DNA of 64,000 nt, from positions 32,001 through 96,000 of the IMG/VR virus record IMGVR_UViG_3300044970_000539; one strand, 5' to 3'. The position numbers and the translations under genes are program-made. The first letter of the stretch is position 1; each line of letters begins with the position of its first letter. The notes beneath the pieces were generated by a model. That model saw only the letters and a list, made by a program, of their open reading frames with translations, had not been told where the DNA came from and made no database searches. The DNA comes from a virus. Shown here one piece after another: positions 1 to 9,913 of this stretch.

Positions 1-2
1 CT

Positions 3-146
3 AAGGCTACAACTGATGCATTAAAGAAAAGTATGGATCCTGCTTTGATTATTGTGCTCGGTGAGGGTACACAAAAAGTACGCCTTGCTATAATAGAGTT
101 AGATATGTTAGAACAGTTAATAGAGGAGAACAAGAATGTCAAATGA
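3..146 (+). CDS. 3' end of a gene truncated by the window edge
   Basis: Open frame KATTDALKKSMDPALIIVLGEG...NKNVK* ending TGA 144-146 and overlapping the next start. Confidence 0.6.
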   Translation, partial: KATTDALKKSMDPALIIVLGEGTQKVRLAIIELDMLEQLIEENKNVK

Positions 147-450
147 GGGTCCACAAAAAACAACACTAGAGCAAGTAAATGGTTTGGCTGAGATTGCAGA
201 GTATATGAATGATGAAGAACTTACAGTTGCTCTTACAATGATTGCTAAAATAATCATTAAACCAGACATTCCAATTCAAGTTGCAAGTCTTGAGATTGTT
301 AGACTACAGGCAATTGCAGCAAAGATGTCATTAAAGGCTACATGGATGGCCAATGTTGATAAAAGTGACAGGGCAAAGAAAAATATTTACTATACCGCAG
401 CAGAATCAATCAATGATTTGGTATCAGCATTAAAATACATTATGCGCTAA
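136..450 (+). CDS. hypothetical phage protein
   Basis: 104 aa ORF with GAGGAG RBS. Confidence 0.75.
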   Translation: MSNEGPQKTTLEQVNGLAEIAEYMNDEELTVALTMIAKIIIKPDIPIQVASLEIVRLQAIAAKMSLKATWMANVDKSDRAKKNIYYTAAESINDLVSALKYIMR

Positions 451-475
451 CCTGCTATACTTATATAAACAAGGG

Positions 476-1291
476 ATGATAATGACTAAAAATTTACTAC
501 AGCAAATAATGATTAGAGAACCAAAGAAGATAGAGATTATAGACACTCAGGCATTGATTGAAAAGATTCAGTCAGGTTATACAGTTAAACGTGTAGATAA
601 ATTTCAAACAAAGAAAACTTTTGCACCATCAACAATTGCATACTCTCATGGTGAGTGCCCAAGATATTGGTACCTTGCATTTGAGGGTGCAGTCTTTGAG
701 GATAATGCAGATGCTTATGGAGCAGCAAATATGACTGCTGGTACTAAGTCACATGAACGCATTCAGCAGGCTATGATGGATTCTGGTATTGCAGAAATAT
801 ATGAATCAGATGAAGGTCCAACAACAGAGTTTAAGATTGTTAACAATGATCCACCTATCTTTGGTTATGGTGATGCCATGATTAATTGGGAGGGTGAACA
901 GATTGTTGGAGAAATTAAGACCATGCTCAATGAAGGTTTTGAGTATCGCAAGAAGGCGTTAAAACCAAAAACTGGCCACTTAATTCAATTACTTATTTAT
1001 ATGAAGATTCTTAAAAAATCAAAGGGTGTGTTGATTTATGAAAACAAGAATAATCATGAGTTGCTAGTTCTTCCAATAGAAGTAACAGATTATTATCGTC
1101 AATGGATTGACGAAACATTTCAATGGATGAGAGATGTTCGTAAAGCATGGACAGATAAAACACTACCTACAAAAAACTACAGATCAAATTCAAAAATCTG
1201 TAAGACATGTCCAATTCAAAAAGCATGTGAAGATGCTGGCACAGGGGTAGTAAAACTTAAATCCCTGGAGGGGCTCAGTGAAGTTATGTAG
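476..1291 (+). CDS. Cas4-like PD-(D/E)XK exonuclease with probable Fe-S cluster
   Basis: N-terminal CPRYWY, GT..HE, G.GD...GEIKT, QL..Y and C-terminal CKTCPIQKAC (1+3 Cys arrangement). Confidence 0.85.
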   Translation: MIMTKNLLQQIMIREPKKIEIIDTQALIEKIQSGYTVKRVDKFQTKKTFAPSTIAYSHGECPRYWYLAFEGAVFEDNADAYGAANMTAGTKSHERIQQAMMDSGIAEIYESDEGPTTEFKIVNNDPPIFGYGDAMINWEGEQIVGEIKTMLNEGFEYRKKALKPKTGHLIQLLIYMKILKKSKGVLIYENKNNHELLVLPIEVTDYYRQWIDETFQWMRDVRKAWTDKTLPTKNYRSNSKICKTCPIQKACEDAGTGVVKLKSLEGLSEVM

Positions 1292-1568
1292 TGTATGCGA
1301 TACATCATTTAAACCTAAAGTAACTTATCAAATTTACTGTACTAAGGTTTGTAGAGATATTGCAACCAGAGAAAAGATTGTGGAAAGATATAATGTCACA
1401 AAAAGACAAAAGCGAAAAGGCAAAAAGCGTTTATGTCTTGGCGGTTGTGCACAAGAACTTTCTATCTACAATGACTCTGGATTTTGTTCAAACTGTAATG
1501 TTAGTGAAAAAGCAGTTGCAAAAATGTTAAAAGAATTGAAAGGCTATATTCAGTATGAGCAAGACTAA
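1278..1568 (+). CDS. Cys-rich zinc-finger-like protein
   Basis: CSVC, YC..VC, CLGGC, CSNC. Confidence 0.7.
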   Translation: MKLCSVCDTSFKPKVTYQIYCTKVCRDIATREKIVERYNVTKRQKRKGKKRLCLGGCAQELSIYNDSGFCSNCNVSEKAVAKMLKELKGYIQYEQD

Positions 1569-2151
1569 GTGGGGAGCAGAGGCTGAGCCAAAGACTATTT
1601 GTGCTATTGATGCAAGCACTAATAGCCTTGCTTTTGCTTTGTTTGATACCCAACAAAAAACATTGGGCAGTATAGGTAAGATTTATTTTGAAGGAAACAA
1701 CATCTATGAAAAGGTTATGGATGCTGGTAAAAAGGTAAAAGCATTTATTGATTACTACGGTAGTTTTGATGCAATAGTAATTGAACATACAGTATTCATG
1801 AATAGCCCTAAAACTGCTGCAGATCTTGCATTAGTTCAAGGGGCTATTCTTGGAGCAGCAGGCCAGTCTGGAACAAAGCAAATAGGCAGGGTTTCTCCAA
1901 TAACTTGGCAAAACTTTATTGGAAACAAAAAGATTTCTAAAGAAGAACAGTTGGTTATTCGTGCACAAAACCCTGGAAAGTCTTTATCTTGGTATAAGGC
2001 TTATGAAAGAATGCTTCGTAAAGAAAGAACTATTAATTTTATTAATATTAATTATGACAGAACAATTACAGACAACGATGTTGCAGATGCCTGCGGTATT
2101 GGTCATTGGGCTGTAAAGAATTGGGATAAAGCGATAGGGGAAAGCAAATAA
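1555..2151 (+). CDS. ruvC: RuvC-like Holliday junction resolvase
   Basis: AIDAS..SLAFA, IVIEH and DVADACGI acidic catalytic pattern. Confidence 0.8.
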   Translation: MSKTKWGAEAEPKTICAIDASTNSLAFALFDTQQKTLGSIGKIYFEGNNIYEKVMDAGKKVKAFIDYYGSFDAIVIEHTVFMNSPKTAADLALVQGAILGAAGQSGTKQIGRVSPITWQNFIGNKKISKEEQLVIRAQNPGKSLSWYKAYERMLRKERTINFININYDRTITDNDVADACGIGHWAVKNWDKAIGESK

Positions 2152-2795
2152 TGCCTGAGTTAAATGCAAACATACCACCAATTGAATGCTATGTTCGTGG
2201 TAATTTTTTAAGAGATCAAGAAGATAGTCATGACAAATATTTTCCATGCGTTATCTTTGGTGTTTCAAGTATTAAGAGTAGAAGTCCACTGTTTCATTTT
2301 CTAATGGAAGATGGAGGAATTTGGTGGAGAATGCCAATCAATGCTTTTTGTACTAAGCCAGGAGTTCCAGAGGAGCCAATTCATAATCTTGTCTTATGGA
2401 ATTCTTTTAGCCCATATATTTCTGTTACAAAGTTTGAGAACTTAAGCAATATGAGAATGTCATACATTGACAGAACAAAAACAAGTATTCTTGGAACATA
2501 TTTATTTACTCTTGACTGGCATAATCCAGAAACAAACATACTAGATGATGGATACTCTGAAAATCCAGGGCAGCATAAATGTGGACATGTAATTCAAAGA
2601 GATGATGGAAACTTTGCTATTCAGCCTAACAATCGGGTAAGGCTAAAGGAACCCTCATTTGTAACAAAAAATGATCTAGTTATACAAAGACTCATTAATA
2701 CAAATAAGTGGGACGTTGAAAGTTATGACAAGTGGATGCTTGAAGACTCAAACGCCTACGACTATGAGGTTATTGACACAGGGGTTGACAAATAA
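2151..2795 (+). CDS. hypothetical phage protein
   Basis: 214 aa ORF, TAATG coupling, QHKCGH and QPNNR motifs. Confidence 0.75.
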   Translation: MPELNANIPPIECYVRGNFLRDQEDSHDKYFPCVIFGVSSIKSRSPLFHFLMEDGGIWWRMPINAFCTKPGVPEEPIHNLVLWNSFSPYISVTKFENLSNMRMSYIDRTKTSILGTYLFTLDWHNPETNILDDGYSENPGQHKCGHVIQRDDGNFAIQPNNRVRLKEPSFVTKNDLVIQRLINTNKWDVESYDKWMLEDSNAYDYEVIDTGVDK

Positions 2796-2799
2796 CACC

Positions 2800-2955
2800 A
2801 TGCCTGCTAAACTATATACATCAGAAGTCTATATGCGTAAGCGATATCTTATGGATAAAAAGACTCCAGAAGAGATTGCAAAGGAGTGCGGAGCCAGTGT
2901 TGAGACTATCTACGTATACCTTGCAAAATTTGGATTAAGGAAATCTAAAAGATGA
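2800..2955 (+). CDS. small helix-turn-helix protein
   Basis: TPEEIAKECGASVETIYVYLAKFGL HTH pattern; start uncertain (2800 or 2833). Confidence 0.7.
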   Translation: MPAKLYTSEVYMRKRYLMDKKTPEEIAKECGASVETIYVYLAKFGLRKSKR

Positions 2956-3089
2956 AAAAGATTAAATATTTTATGTCATTCATATCATTAGTAATGGCTG
3001 TTGGGCTTATAACTGCAATTGCTACACTTAAAAACATTCCAGAATCATTTGACTGGAACCTAGAGGAAGATGAAGATGAGAATTATTAA
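2952..3089 (+). CDS. small membrane protein
   Basis: MKKIKYFMSFISLVMAVGLITAIATL... 45 aa, ATGA overlap; below ORF-track cutoff. Confidence 0.6.
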   Translation: MKKIKYFMSFISLVMAVGLITAIATLKNIPESFDWNLEEDEDENY

Positions 3090-3237
3090 GCATTTTGTAG
3101 ATGTTGCAAAGGCACTTACACAAAGACTATTCTGTAAGCATACAGAGTCTTCAATATCATCTTGTCCCTTTACTGGTAGAACATATACAACATGCTTAAA
3201 TTGTTTTAAAAGATTAAAAGTTGAGGTAACTCCGTGA
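3076..3237 (+). CDS. small Cys-containing protein
   Basis: MRIIKHF...FCKH...CPFTG...CLNC 53 aa, overlaps both neighbours. Confidence 0.6.
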   Translation: MRIIKHFVDVAKALTQRLFCKHTESSISSCPFTGRTYTTCLNCFKRLKVEVTP

Positions 3238-3476
3238 GTGATAACCTACATATTACTGTTGATCAGGTAAACCACCCCGTTCATTACACATCAGATCCTT
3301 CTGGTGTTGAATGTATTCAAATTACTAGACATAGAAACTTTAATATTGGTAATGCATTCAAGTATTTGTGGAGAGCAGGGCTTAAAGATGAAGCAAAAAC
3401 AATTCAAGATTTAGAAAAAGCCATCTTCTATATTAAAGATGAAATAAATAGATTAGAGGGAAAGTATGTCAAGTGA
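3234..3476 (+). CDS. DUF3310 (SaV-like) protein
   Basis: DQVNHPVHY, ECI, GNAFKYLWRAGLK, DLEKA. Confidence 0.85.
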   Translation: MSDNLHITVDQVNHPVHYTSDPSGVECIQITRHRNFNIGNAFKYLWRAGLKDEAKTIQDLEKAIFYIKDEINRLEGKYVK

Positions 3477-4002
3477 GGCAGAACTTATTCAACATCTTGA
3501 TGAAGTTAATCAAGTAGTTACAGAATACCTTAAGGGTAATGATCCTACAGTTATTTCTAAAGAACTAGACATTCCAAGAACTCGTGTTGTATCTTTAATT
3601 AATGAGTGGAAGGTTATGGCATCTGCAAATGATGCTATTCGTGCCCGTGCAAAAGAGGCATTAGTAGGTGCTGACACACACTATACAAAGTTAATTACAA
3701 AGGCTTATGAAGTTATTGATGAGGCAAGCCTATCAACAAACCTTACTGCCAAGACTGCTGGCATTAAACTAGTTTTAGATATTGAGTCAAGAAGAATTGA
3801 TATGCTGCAAAAGGCTGGACTTCTTGAGAACAAAGAACTTGCAGAAGAAATGATTGAGATTGAAAGACGACAAGAAGTTCTTGTTGGAATACTAAGAGAC
3901 ATTGCTTCAGAGCATCCAGAAGTCCGTGATATTATTATGAAGAGGCTTTCTGCTATTGCAAAAGAAGGAGAAGTGATTACTGTTGTCCACGATGTTCAAT
4001 GA
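3466..4002 (+). CDS. probable terminase small subunit
   Basis: N-terminal HTH-like segment, helical, directly upstream of and overlapping TerL. Confidence 0.55.
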   Translation: MSSEAELIQHLDEVNQVVTEYLKGNDPTVISKELDIPRTRVVSLINEWKVMASANDAIRARAKEALVGADTHYTKLITKAYEVIDEASLSTNLTAKTAGIKLVLDIESRRIDMLQKAGLLENKELAEEMIEIERRQEVLVGILRDIASEHPEVRDIIMKRLSAIAKEGEVITVVHDVQ

Positions 4003-5767
4003 TTTTCTTGAGGTATTAAAAGAAAATCACTTTGTTGAAACTCCAGTTGATGTAAAGACATTTGTCCAGTCACCTGATTATCTTGGTCAACCACTTTTAT
4101 CTGATATTCAATATGAAATTGTAGAGGCAATGAGCCAGATATATCGTAAAGAAGATCTAATAGAGATTATGGGAGATGTTGAAGGCACCAAACACTTTAA
4201 CAAATATACCAAGAATGAACTAATTCTTCAACTTGGCAAGGGTAGCGGTAAAGATTTTATTTCAACTGTAGCATGTGCATATGTAGTATATAAACTGTTA
4301 TGTCTTAAAGACCCTGCAATTTATTATGGCAAGCCTGCAGGAGATGCTATTGATATTATTAACGTTGCTGTTAACGCACAACAGGCTAAAAACGTTTTCT
4401 TTAAAGGTTTTAAAACAAAGATTGAGAAGTCACCTTGGTTTGCTGGAAAGTATAATGCCAAGGCTGACTCAATTGAGTTTGACAAAGCAATTACTGTTTA
4501 CTCTGGACACTCAGAAAGAGAATCTCATGAGGGCTTGAACTTGCTTATGGCAGTACTTGATGAGATTTCTGGTTTTGCAAGTGAGGTTGTGTCTGGAAAT
4601 GAGCAAGGAAAGACTGCTGATAACATTTACAAAGCATTCCGTGGAACAGTAGACTCTCGTTTTCCAGACCTTGGAAAGGTTGTTTTGCTTTCTTTCCCAA
4701 GATATCAGGGCGACTTTATTTCTCAACGATATGAGTCTGTTATTGCTGACAAAGAAACTGTTGAGCGCAGACATACTTTTATTATGAATGAAGATTTGCC
4801 ACACGATGATCCTGGAAATCAGTTTGAAATTTCGTGGGATGAAGACAACATTCTCCAATATAAAATTCCAAGGGTATATGCATTTAAAAGACCTACATGG
4901 GAAGTAAACCCAACCCGTAAGATAGAAGACTTTAAAGTAGCGTTTTACACTGATCTTGGTGATGCCATGATGCGTTTTGCATGTATGCCAACCTATTCAT
5001 CTGATGCTTTCTTTAAGCAGATTGACAAGGTTGAGAAGTGTATGAACACTAGAAACCCGCTAGACTCATTTAGAAGGTTTGACGAAACGTTTGTACCAGA
5101 TCCAGATAAGACATATTATATTCATGCTGACCTTGCACAAAAGCACGATAAGTGTGCGGTAGCAATTGCTCACGTAGATAAATGGGTAAATATCCAAGTA
5201 ATCAAAGATTACGAGCAGGTAGCACCAATTGTAGTAGTAGATGCAGTTGCATGGTGGGAGCCGAGAGCAGAAGGACCTGTAAACCTATCTGAAGTTAAAC
5301 AATGGATTATGAACCTACGTAGACAAGGTTTTAATATTGGTATGGTTTCTTTTGACCGTTGGCAATCATTTGATATTCAAAATGAGTTACAAGCAGTTGG
5401 AATTAGAACTGAGACGGTCTCTGTTGCCAAGAAACACTATGAAGACCTTGCTATGATGATTTATGAAGAGCGTGTTTCTATTCCAAGAATACCTATCCTA
5501 TTAGAAGAAATGTCAGAACTTAAAATTATGAAGGGTAATCGTGTAGATCACCCAAGAAAAAAGTCTAAAGACTTAGCAGATGCCGTGACAGGCGCTGTAT
5601 TTGGTGCTATTTCTCATACACCAAAGAGTAATAATACTGAGATAGAAGTCCATACTTGGTCCTCTTCGGCAAGACTTGCAGAAAGAGAGCAGGGTATGGT
5701 AAAATTAGATAATCGAGAAATGCCTGACGACGTTAAGGACTTTCTTGACGGATTTAACTTAATTTAA
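3983..5767 (+). CDS. terL: terminase large subunit
   Basis: Walker A GKGSGKD, Walker B AVLDE, nuclease HADLA..HD, SFDRWQS, SKDLADA. Confidence 0.92.
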   Translation: MSTMFNDFLEVLKENHFVETPVDVKTFVQSPDYLGQPLLSDIQYEIVEAMSQIYRKEDLIEIMGDVEGTKHFNKYTKNELILQLGKGSGKDFISTVACAYVVYKLLCLKDPAIYYGKPAGDAIDIINVAVNAQQAKNVFFKGFKTKIEKSPWFAGKYNAKADSIEFDKAITVYSGHSERESHEGLNLLMAVLDEISGFASEVVSGNEQGKTADNIYKAFRGTVDSRFPDLGKVVLLSFPRYQGDFISQRYESVIADKETVERRHTFIMNEDLPHDDPGNQFEISWDEDNILQYKIPRVYAFKRPTWEVNPTRKIEDFKVAFYTDLGDAMMRFACMPTYSSDAFFKQIDKVEKCMNTRNPLDSFRRFDETFVPDPDKTYYIHADLAQKHDKCAVAIAHVDKWVNIQVIKDYEQVAPIVVVDAVAWWEPRAEGPVNLSEVKQWIMNLRRQGFNIGMVSFDRWQSFDIQNELQAVGIRTETVSVAKKHYEDLAMMIYEERVSIPRIPILLEEMSELKIMKGNRVDHPRKKSKDLADAVTGAVFGAISHTPKSNNTEIEVHTWSSSARLAEREQGMVKLDNREMPDDVKDFLDGFNLI

Positions 5768-5809
5768 CATTCTGGTCGTGGGATCAGATAAAACTAACAA
5801 GGAGAAAGA

Positions 5810-6982
5810 ATGAATTCATTTAAGAAAATCGCTCTTGCCGTGGTTGCAGCCATGACATTGGGCACAATCGTAGCAACACCTGCAAGTGCTGCCGTAATGA
5901 CAGTGGCTGTATCGCTAAACGGAACTGCAAATACAACAAATTCCGCTATTGCTACACCTGCTGCATTGCCAGTACCATCAGACAACAAGATTGATGCAAC
6001 AGATGCACTTAGATTTGTTGCAACTGTTGACACAGGAACAGCAGTTACTGTATCAGCAACCAACGCAACAATCGTGTCTGCTCTACACTCAGATGCAGCA
6101 CCAATTGGAGCATCGTCAGGATCATCATCTTTGACAATCGCAACAGGTACTGGAACAACTGCAACATTTTTTGTCTACACAAAGACAACAGCAATTGGTA
6201 CAGTTACAGTTACTAACCAGGGAACTACTTTTACATACTATGTACAGGGTACTGCTGGACTAATTAACAACCTATCAGTTTCTGCTCCAACAGCAGGTGC
6301 TGCTGGCACAAAGCATGATATTCTAGTTACAGCAACAGATGTATTTGGAAACAAGGTTTCTGGTAAGTCACTTACTGCAACAGTATTTGCTGCAACAGCA
6401 GTCATGGATACAGCAACAGCAACAACTGGTGCTACACTTTCAGACTTTGGAGTAGCAACATTTAAGGCAACACTTCCAGCAACTGGAAATCGTTCACTTA
6501 TTATGTTTGCTCCAACTACTGCTGGCGATGCATCAACTGCTGATGTGGTTGGTCTAACTGTTCGCACACTTGCACCATTTGCAGAAATTGCTGTTCGTGA
6601 TCTAGTATCAGAACTTGCTGCTGAAAAGGCTGCAAAGGATGCAGCAGTTGCTGCACTTGCTGCTGAGAAGGCTGCACATGATGCAACTAAGGCTGCAGAT
6701 GTTAAGGCTCTTGCAGATGCAAAGGTTGCTGCAGATAAAGCACTTGCTGATGCAAAGGTTGCTGCAGATGCAGCACTTGCTGCAGCAGTTAAGGTAGAAA
6801 CAGATAAGGCTGCTGCTGCTAAGTTAGCATCAGATGCTGCTCTTGCTGCTAAGGATGCTCAGATTGCTAAGTTAACAGCAGATAACGCTGCTGCTCTTGC
6901 ATCACTAAAGAAGGCATTTAACACACTTGCAAACAAGTGGAACAAAAAGAATCCAAAGGCTAAGGTTACTCTAGTTAAGTAA
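5810..6982 (+). CDS. secreted Ala/Thr-rich surface (S-layer-like) protein
   Basis: Sec signal MNSFKKIALAVVAAMTLGTIVATPASA-A, beta-rich body, Ala/Lys coiled coil, AAGGAG RBS. Confidence 0.7.
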   Translation: MNSFKKIALAVVAAMTLGTIVATPASAAVMTVAVSLNGTANTTNSAIATPAALPVPSDNKIDATDALRFVATVDTGTAVTVSATNATIVSALHSDAAPIGASSGSSSLTIATGTGTTATFFVYTKTTAIGTVTVTNQGTTFTYYVQGTAGLINNLSVSAPTAGAAGTKHDILVTATDVFGNKVSGKSLTATVFAATAVMDTATATTGATLSDFGVATFKATLPATGNRSLIMFAPTTAGDASTADVVGLTVRTLAPFAEIAVRDLVSELAAEKAAKDAAVAALAAEKAAHDATKAADVKALADAKVAADKALADAKVAADAALAAAVKVETDKAAAAKLASDAALAAKDAQIAKLTADNAAALASLKKAFNTLANKWNKKNPKAKVTLVK

Positions 6983-6999
6983 CAAAACCTTAAAAGTTT

Positions 7000-7030
7000 G
7001 GGAGTCAGGAAACTGGCTCCCTTTCTTTTT
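7000..7030 (+). terminator. intrinsic terminator
   Basis: GGGAGTCAG-GAAA-CTGGCTCCC followed by T-rich tract. Confidence 0.8.
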
Positions 7031-7085
7031 GTCCTCATGTCTAATTGAATAATTTGATATAATAGGTAAGAGGAGAGTCCACCAC

Positions 7086-9215
7086 TTGAAAAAACTCTTG
7101 CGTATATTTACAGTTTCTATACTTGCTTTTGCTTGGCTTTTAATAGCCCCTACAGAGGCTAATTCTGACGACCCTCTAACCGTTGCAGCCCAAGAAATAC
7201 AAGAACTTAATAGCAAAGTAAGCAATTTAGTTTATCAAGATGATTTTATAGATCTTATAGACATAGCAGAAAACAAGTTTGACTATGCCAAAAATGCGAT
7301 GGAACTTAGAGATGATGCAACCGATGCCCACGAAGATGCAGTAGAGGCAGAAGCCACAGCCTTAGAAGCAAAGAACCTTGCCCAGTCAAATGTGGATGGT
7401 CAGACAGCCACAGTAGCCTCGGCCCTTGAACATAAAGACAACGCTCTTGAAGAAAAGAATGATGCTCAAGATGCACTAAGCATAGCCAATATTAATGTTC
7501 AAACCACTCAATCAAATATGCAGGCTGCTGGAGGAACAGGTTTGGCATACACTGTTTATACTCTTGTTAGACAAGGTAATGTCGCTACCCCAGGATCTGT
7601 GCTTTGTTCTGGCACTTGGAACTCAAGCCACATGCAACTACCAGTTTGTGGTAACAGATACGAAAACTTTATAGTTAAGTTCACTGGTCAAATAACAGTA
7701 CCGTCTTGGTTCACATCAACATATTTTGCAGGATATACAGATGATGGATTTAGAATGTATGTAGACGGAAATCTTGCAATAGATCAATGGATAGAGCAAG
7801 GAACTACCTGGAGCGACTATTCACCAGTATATGATGTTAGCGAAGACAAAACATTTAGTGTAGAGATTTGGTGGTATAACGGTGGAGGCCCAGGATCTTA
7901 TCATCTTGGATGGGCAATTCCTGGAGGCTGGACTGGAGCAGGTTGTGACTATGCTGGAGATCCACGAGTATGGGGAGAAAATTTTAGTTGTAATCTTAAT
8001 ACATTTTCCTCTGGATCAGGACCAACCCAAGCACAGATAAATGCATATGATGAAGCACTTGCAGCAAGGACTACTGCACAAACAAATTATAATAATAAGT
8101 TAGAAGCATACAATGACAAACTAAGCGTATACAACTCTGAGAATGCAATACTATCATCAATGAATCAGGTTTTGCAAACCAAAACACAGGAACATCTTAA
8201 TGCAGTTGCAGATACAGAAGATGCTTTAGAGTTGAAGAATAGCAGAATAGAAATATACAATCAGTCAATCGTTGACTTAAATAATTCTATTAATGATGCA
8301 TGGGAATATTACTACGAGCAAGCACAAAGAGAACTTAATGCTGCTATTGCTCAAGCAGCAGCCAACGCTGCAGCCAATGAGCCTACCCCAGAACCCACAC
8401 CAGAGCCTTCTCCAGAACCAACTGAAGAACCAACAGATGACCCAAGCCCAGAGCCTTCACCAGACCCAACAGATGAACCAACTGAAGAACCTACTCCAGA
8501 GCCTACAGCAGACCCTACAGAGGAGCCTACACCTGAACCTACCCCAGAAGTTACCCCAGATCCAGAACCAACTGAAGAGCCAGTTGTAGAGCCTACTGAA
8601 GAGCCTACCCCAGAACCCACACCAGAGCCTGGACCAGAGCCAGAGCCAGAAGAGAATCCTTGGACTGAACCAGATGTAGAAATTACTGATGAGGTATTGG
8701 CAGCACTTGTTCCTGAAAAAGGAACTGGAACATCAGAAGATTTATCTGGAGTTATTGCCAACCTCACAAGCAAGGATAATAAGTTAGTTACACTTTCACC
8801 TGAGCAAGTAGCAGCAGTTAGCCAAACTCTTAAGTCTTTGACCCAAGAGGCAAAGTCAGAGATTTCTGAAGATCTTGGCATTAAAGCATCAGAAGTTGCA
8901 CAAATTGCTGAGCAGATGAAGGACAACCCAGCACTTGCTGCAGCATTTGTTGAGTTCGCAGATAGAGCAGAAGAAGCAGGGGATTCAGCAATGCCATTTA
9001 CATTAGCAGATGCAGTAACAGAGGTTCAAACAGAGGCATTTCTTGCTGACCCATTGGGAGCAATTACAGAGATAGATTTTGAAAAGGTTTTAAACCCAGC
9101 AGAATGGGGAAAGGATATGACTGACGACCAAAGAGAAAAGGTTCAGGAAGTCATAATTCCAGTAATTATAGTATCAAACATTATTAGTTCTGTTATGTCA
9201 ACAAGGAGGTTATAA
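7086..9215 (+). CDS. secreted/membrane-anchored PA14-domain protein with Pro/Glu/Thr linker
   Basis: Signal peptide, coiled coils, PA14 motifs (FTGQI, TDDGFRMYVDG, WYNGGG), EPTP repeats, C-terminal hydrophobic helix. Confidence 0.8.
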   Translation: MKKLLRIFTVSILAFAWLLIAPTEANSDDPLTVAAQEIQELNSKVSNLVYQDDFIDLIDIAENKFDYAKNAMELRDDATDAHEDAVEAEATALEAKNLAQSNVDGQTATVASALEHKDNALEEKNDAQDALSIANINVQTTQSNMQAAGGTGLAYTVYTLVRQGNVATPGSVLCSGTWNSSHMQLPVCGNRYENFIVKFTGQITVPSWFTSTYFAGYTDDGFRMYVDGNLAIDQWIEQGTTWSDYSPVYDVSEDKTFSVEIWWYNGGGPGSYHLGWAIPGGWTGAGCDYAGDPRVWGENFSCNLNTFSSGSGPTQAQINAYDEALAARTTAQTNYNNKLEAYNDKLSVYNSENAILSSMNQVLQTKTQEHLNAVADTEDALELKNSRIEIYNQSIVDLNNSINDAWEYYYEQAQRELNAAIAQAAANAAANEPTPEPTPEPSPEPTEEPTDDPSPEPSPDPTDEPTEEPTPEPTADPTEEPTPEPTPEVTPDPEPTEEPVVEPTEEPTPEPTPEPGPEPEPEENPWTEPDVEITDEVLAALVPEKGTGTSEDLSGVIANLTSKDNKLVTLSPEQVAAVSQTLKSLTQEAKSEISEDLGIKASEVAQIAEQMKDNPALAAAFVEFADRAEEAGDSAMPFTLADAVTEVQTEAFLADPLGAITEIDFEKVLNPAEWGKDMTDDQREKVQEVIIPVIIVSNIISSVMSTRRL
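8379..8660 (+). repeat. EPTP/EPSP low-complexity coding repeat
   Basis: Degenerate tetrapeptide repeats within the PA14 gene. Confidence 0.8.
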
Positions 9216-9219
9216 TAGG

Positions 9220-9690
9220 ATGGTTATGAATAAAGTTAAAGAAAGTATAAGGGTGATTTTAGGCAAAATAAAGATGCCTAAAATTGCAATCCCTAAAATA
9301 AAAATACCAAGCATTAAAATCCCAAGCATCAAAATGCCAAAGTTTAAGATGCCAAAAATGTATATGCCAAAGGTAAATATTCCAAAAATATCTATTCCAA
9401 AGATTAAAATGCCAAAAATAGATATGGAAAAACTAAAAGCATATGCTGCAAAGTATTTTCCCATTATTAAAAAAGTATTTGAAATTTTGGTAAAGATCGT
9501 TAAAGGATTTATCTCATGGCTTTGGAAAGCAGTTAAAGAAAGTATTGCTCAGGTTTGGACACTGCTTGGATTCTTTATTGCATGGCTTACGCTTACGGGA
9601 ACAGCACAACAGGTAGTTGGAGTGGCAACATTAATTGCTACTGCTATCTGGCTTATAACAATTCCATTGCGTGAAGAAAAAGAAGACTAA
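9220..9690 (+). CDS. membrane protein with pentapeptide repeats
   Basis: About ten KMPKI/KIPSI-type repeats followed by two hydrophobic helices. Confidence 0.75.
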   Translation: MVMNKVKESIRVILGKIKMPKIAIPKIKIPSIKIPSIKMPKFKMPKMYMPKVNIPKISIPKIKMPKIDMEKLKAYAAKYFPIIKKVFEILVKIVKGFISWLWKAVKESIAQVWTLLGFFIAWLTLTGTAQQVVGVATLIATAIWLITIPLREEKED

Positions 9691-9703
9691 GATAGTTACT
9701 GAT

Positions 9704-9913
9704 ATGAAAAAAATAGCAGCCCTTTTATCAGCAACAGTATTATCATTAATGTTAACATCTTGTGGTTTACTAGAAAATAGATATCGTTATGATTGCCATG
9801 ACCCTGAAAACTGGTATAATAAAGAGTGTAATCCACCAATCTGCCAAGCAGATGGATTATGCACTAAAGACATACTTGGTTTTGATCCTACGGAGGGTAG
9901 CGTAAATGAGTAA
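9704..9913 (+). CDS. small lipoprotein
   Basis: MKK + hydrophobic stretch + lipobox LTSC; four further Cys. Confidence 0.75.
   Translation: MKKIAALLSATVLSLMLTSCGLLENRYRYDCHDPENWYNKECNPPICQADGLCTKDILGFDPTEGSVNE

Noticed and set aside
476-1291. CRISPR-Cas system implied by the Cas4-like gene
   Set aside because: No cas1/cas2 or repeat-spacer array seen; solo Cas4-like nucleases are common phage recombination genes
8351-8926. 191-aa Gly/Ser-rich minus-strand ORF
   Set aside because: Antisense shadow of the EPTP repeat in the PA14 gene
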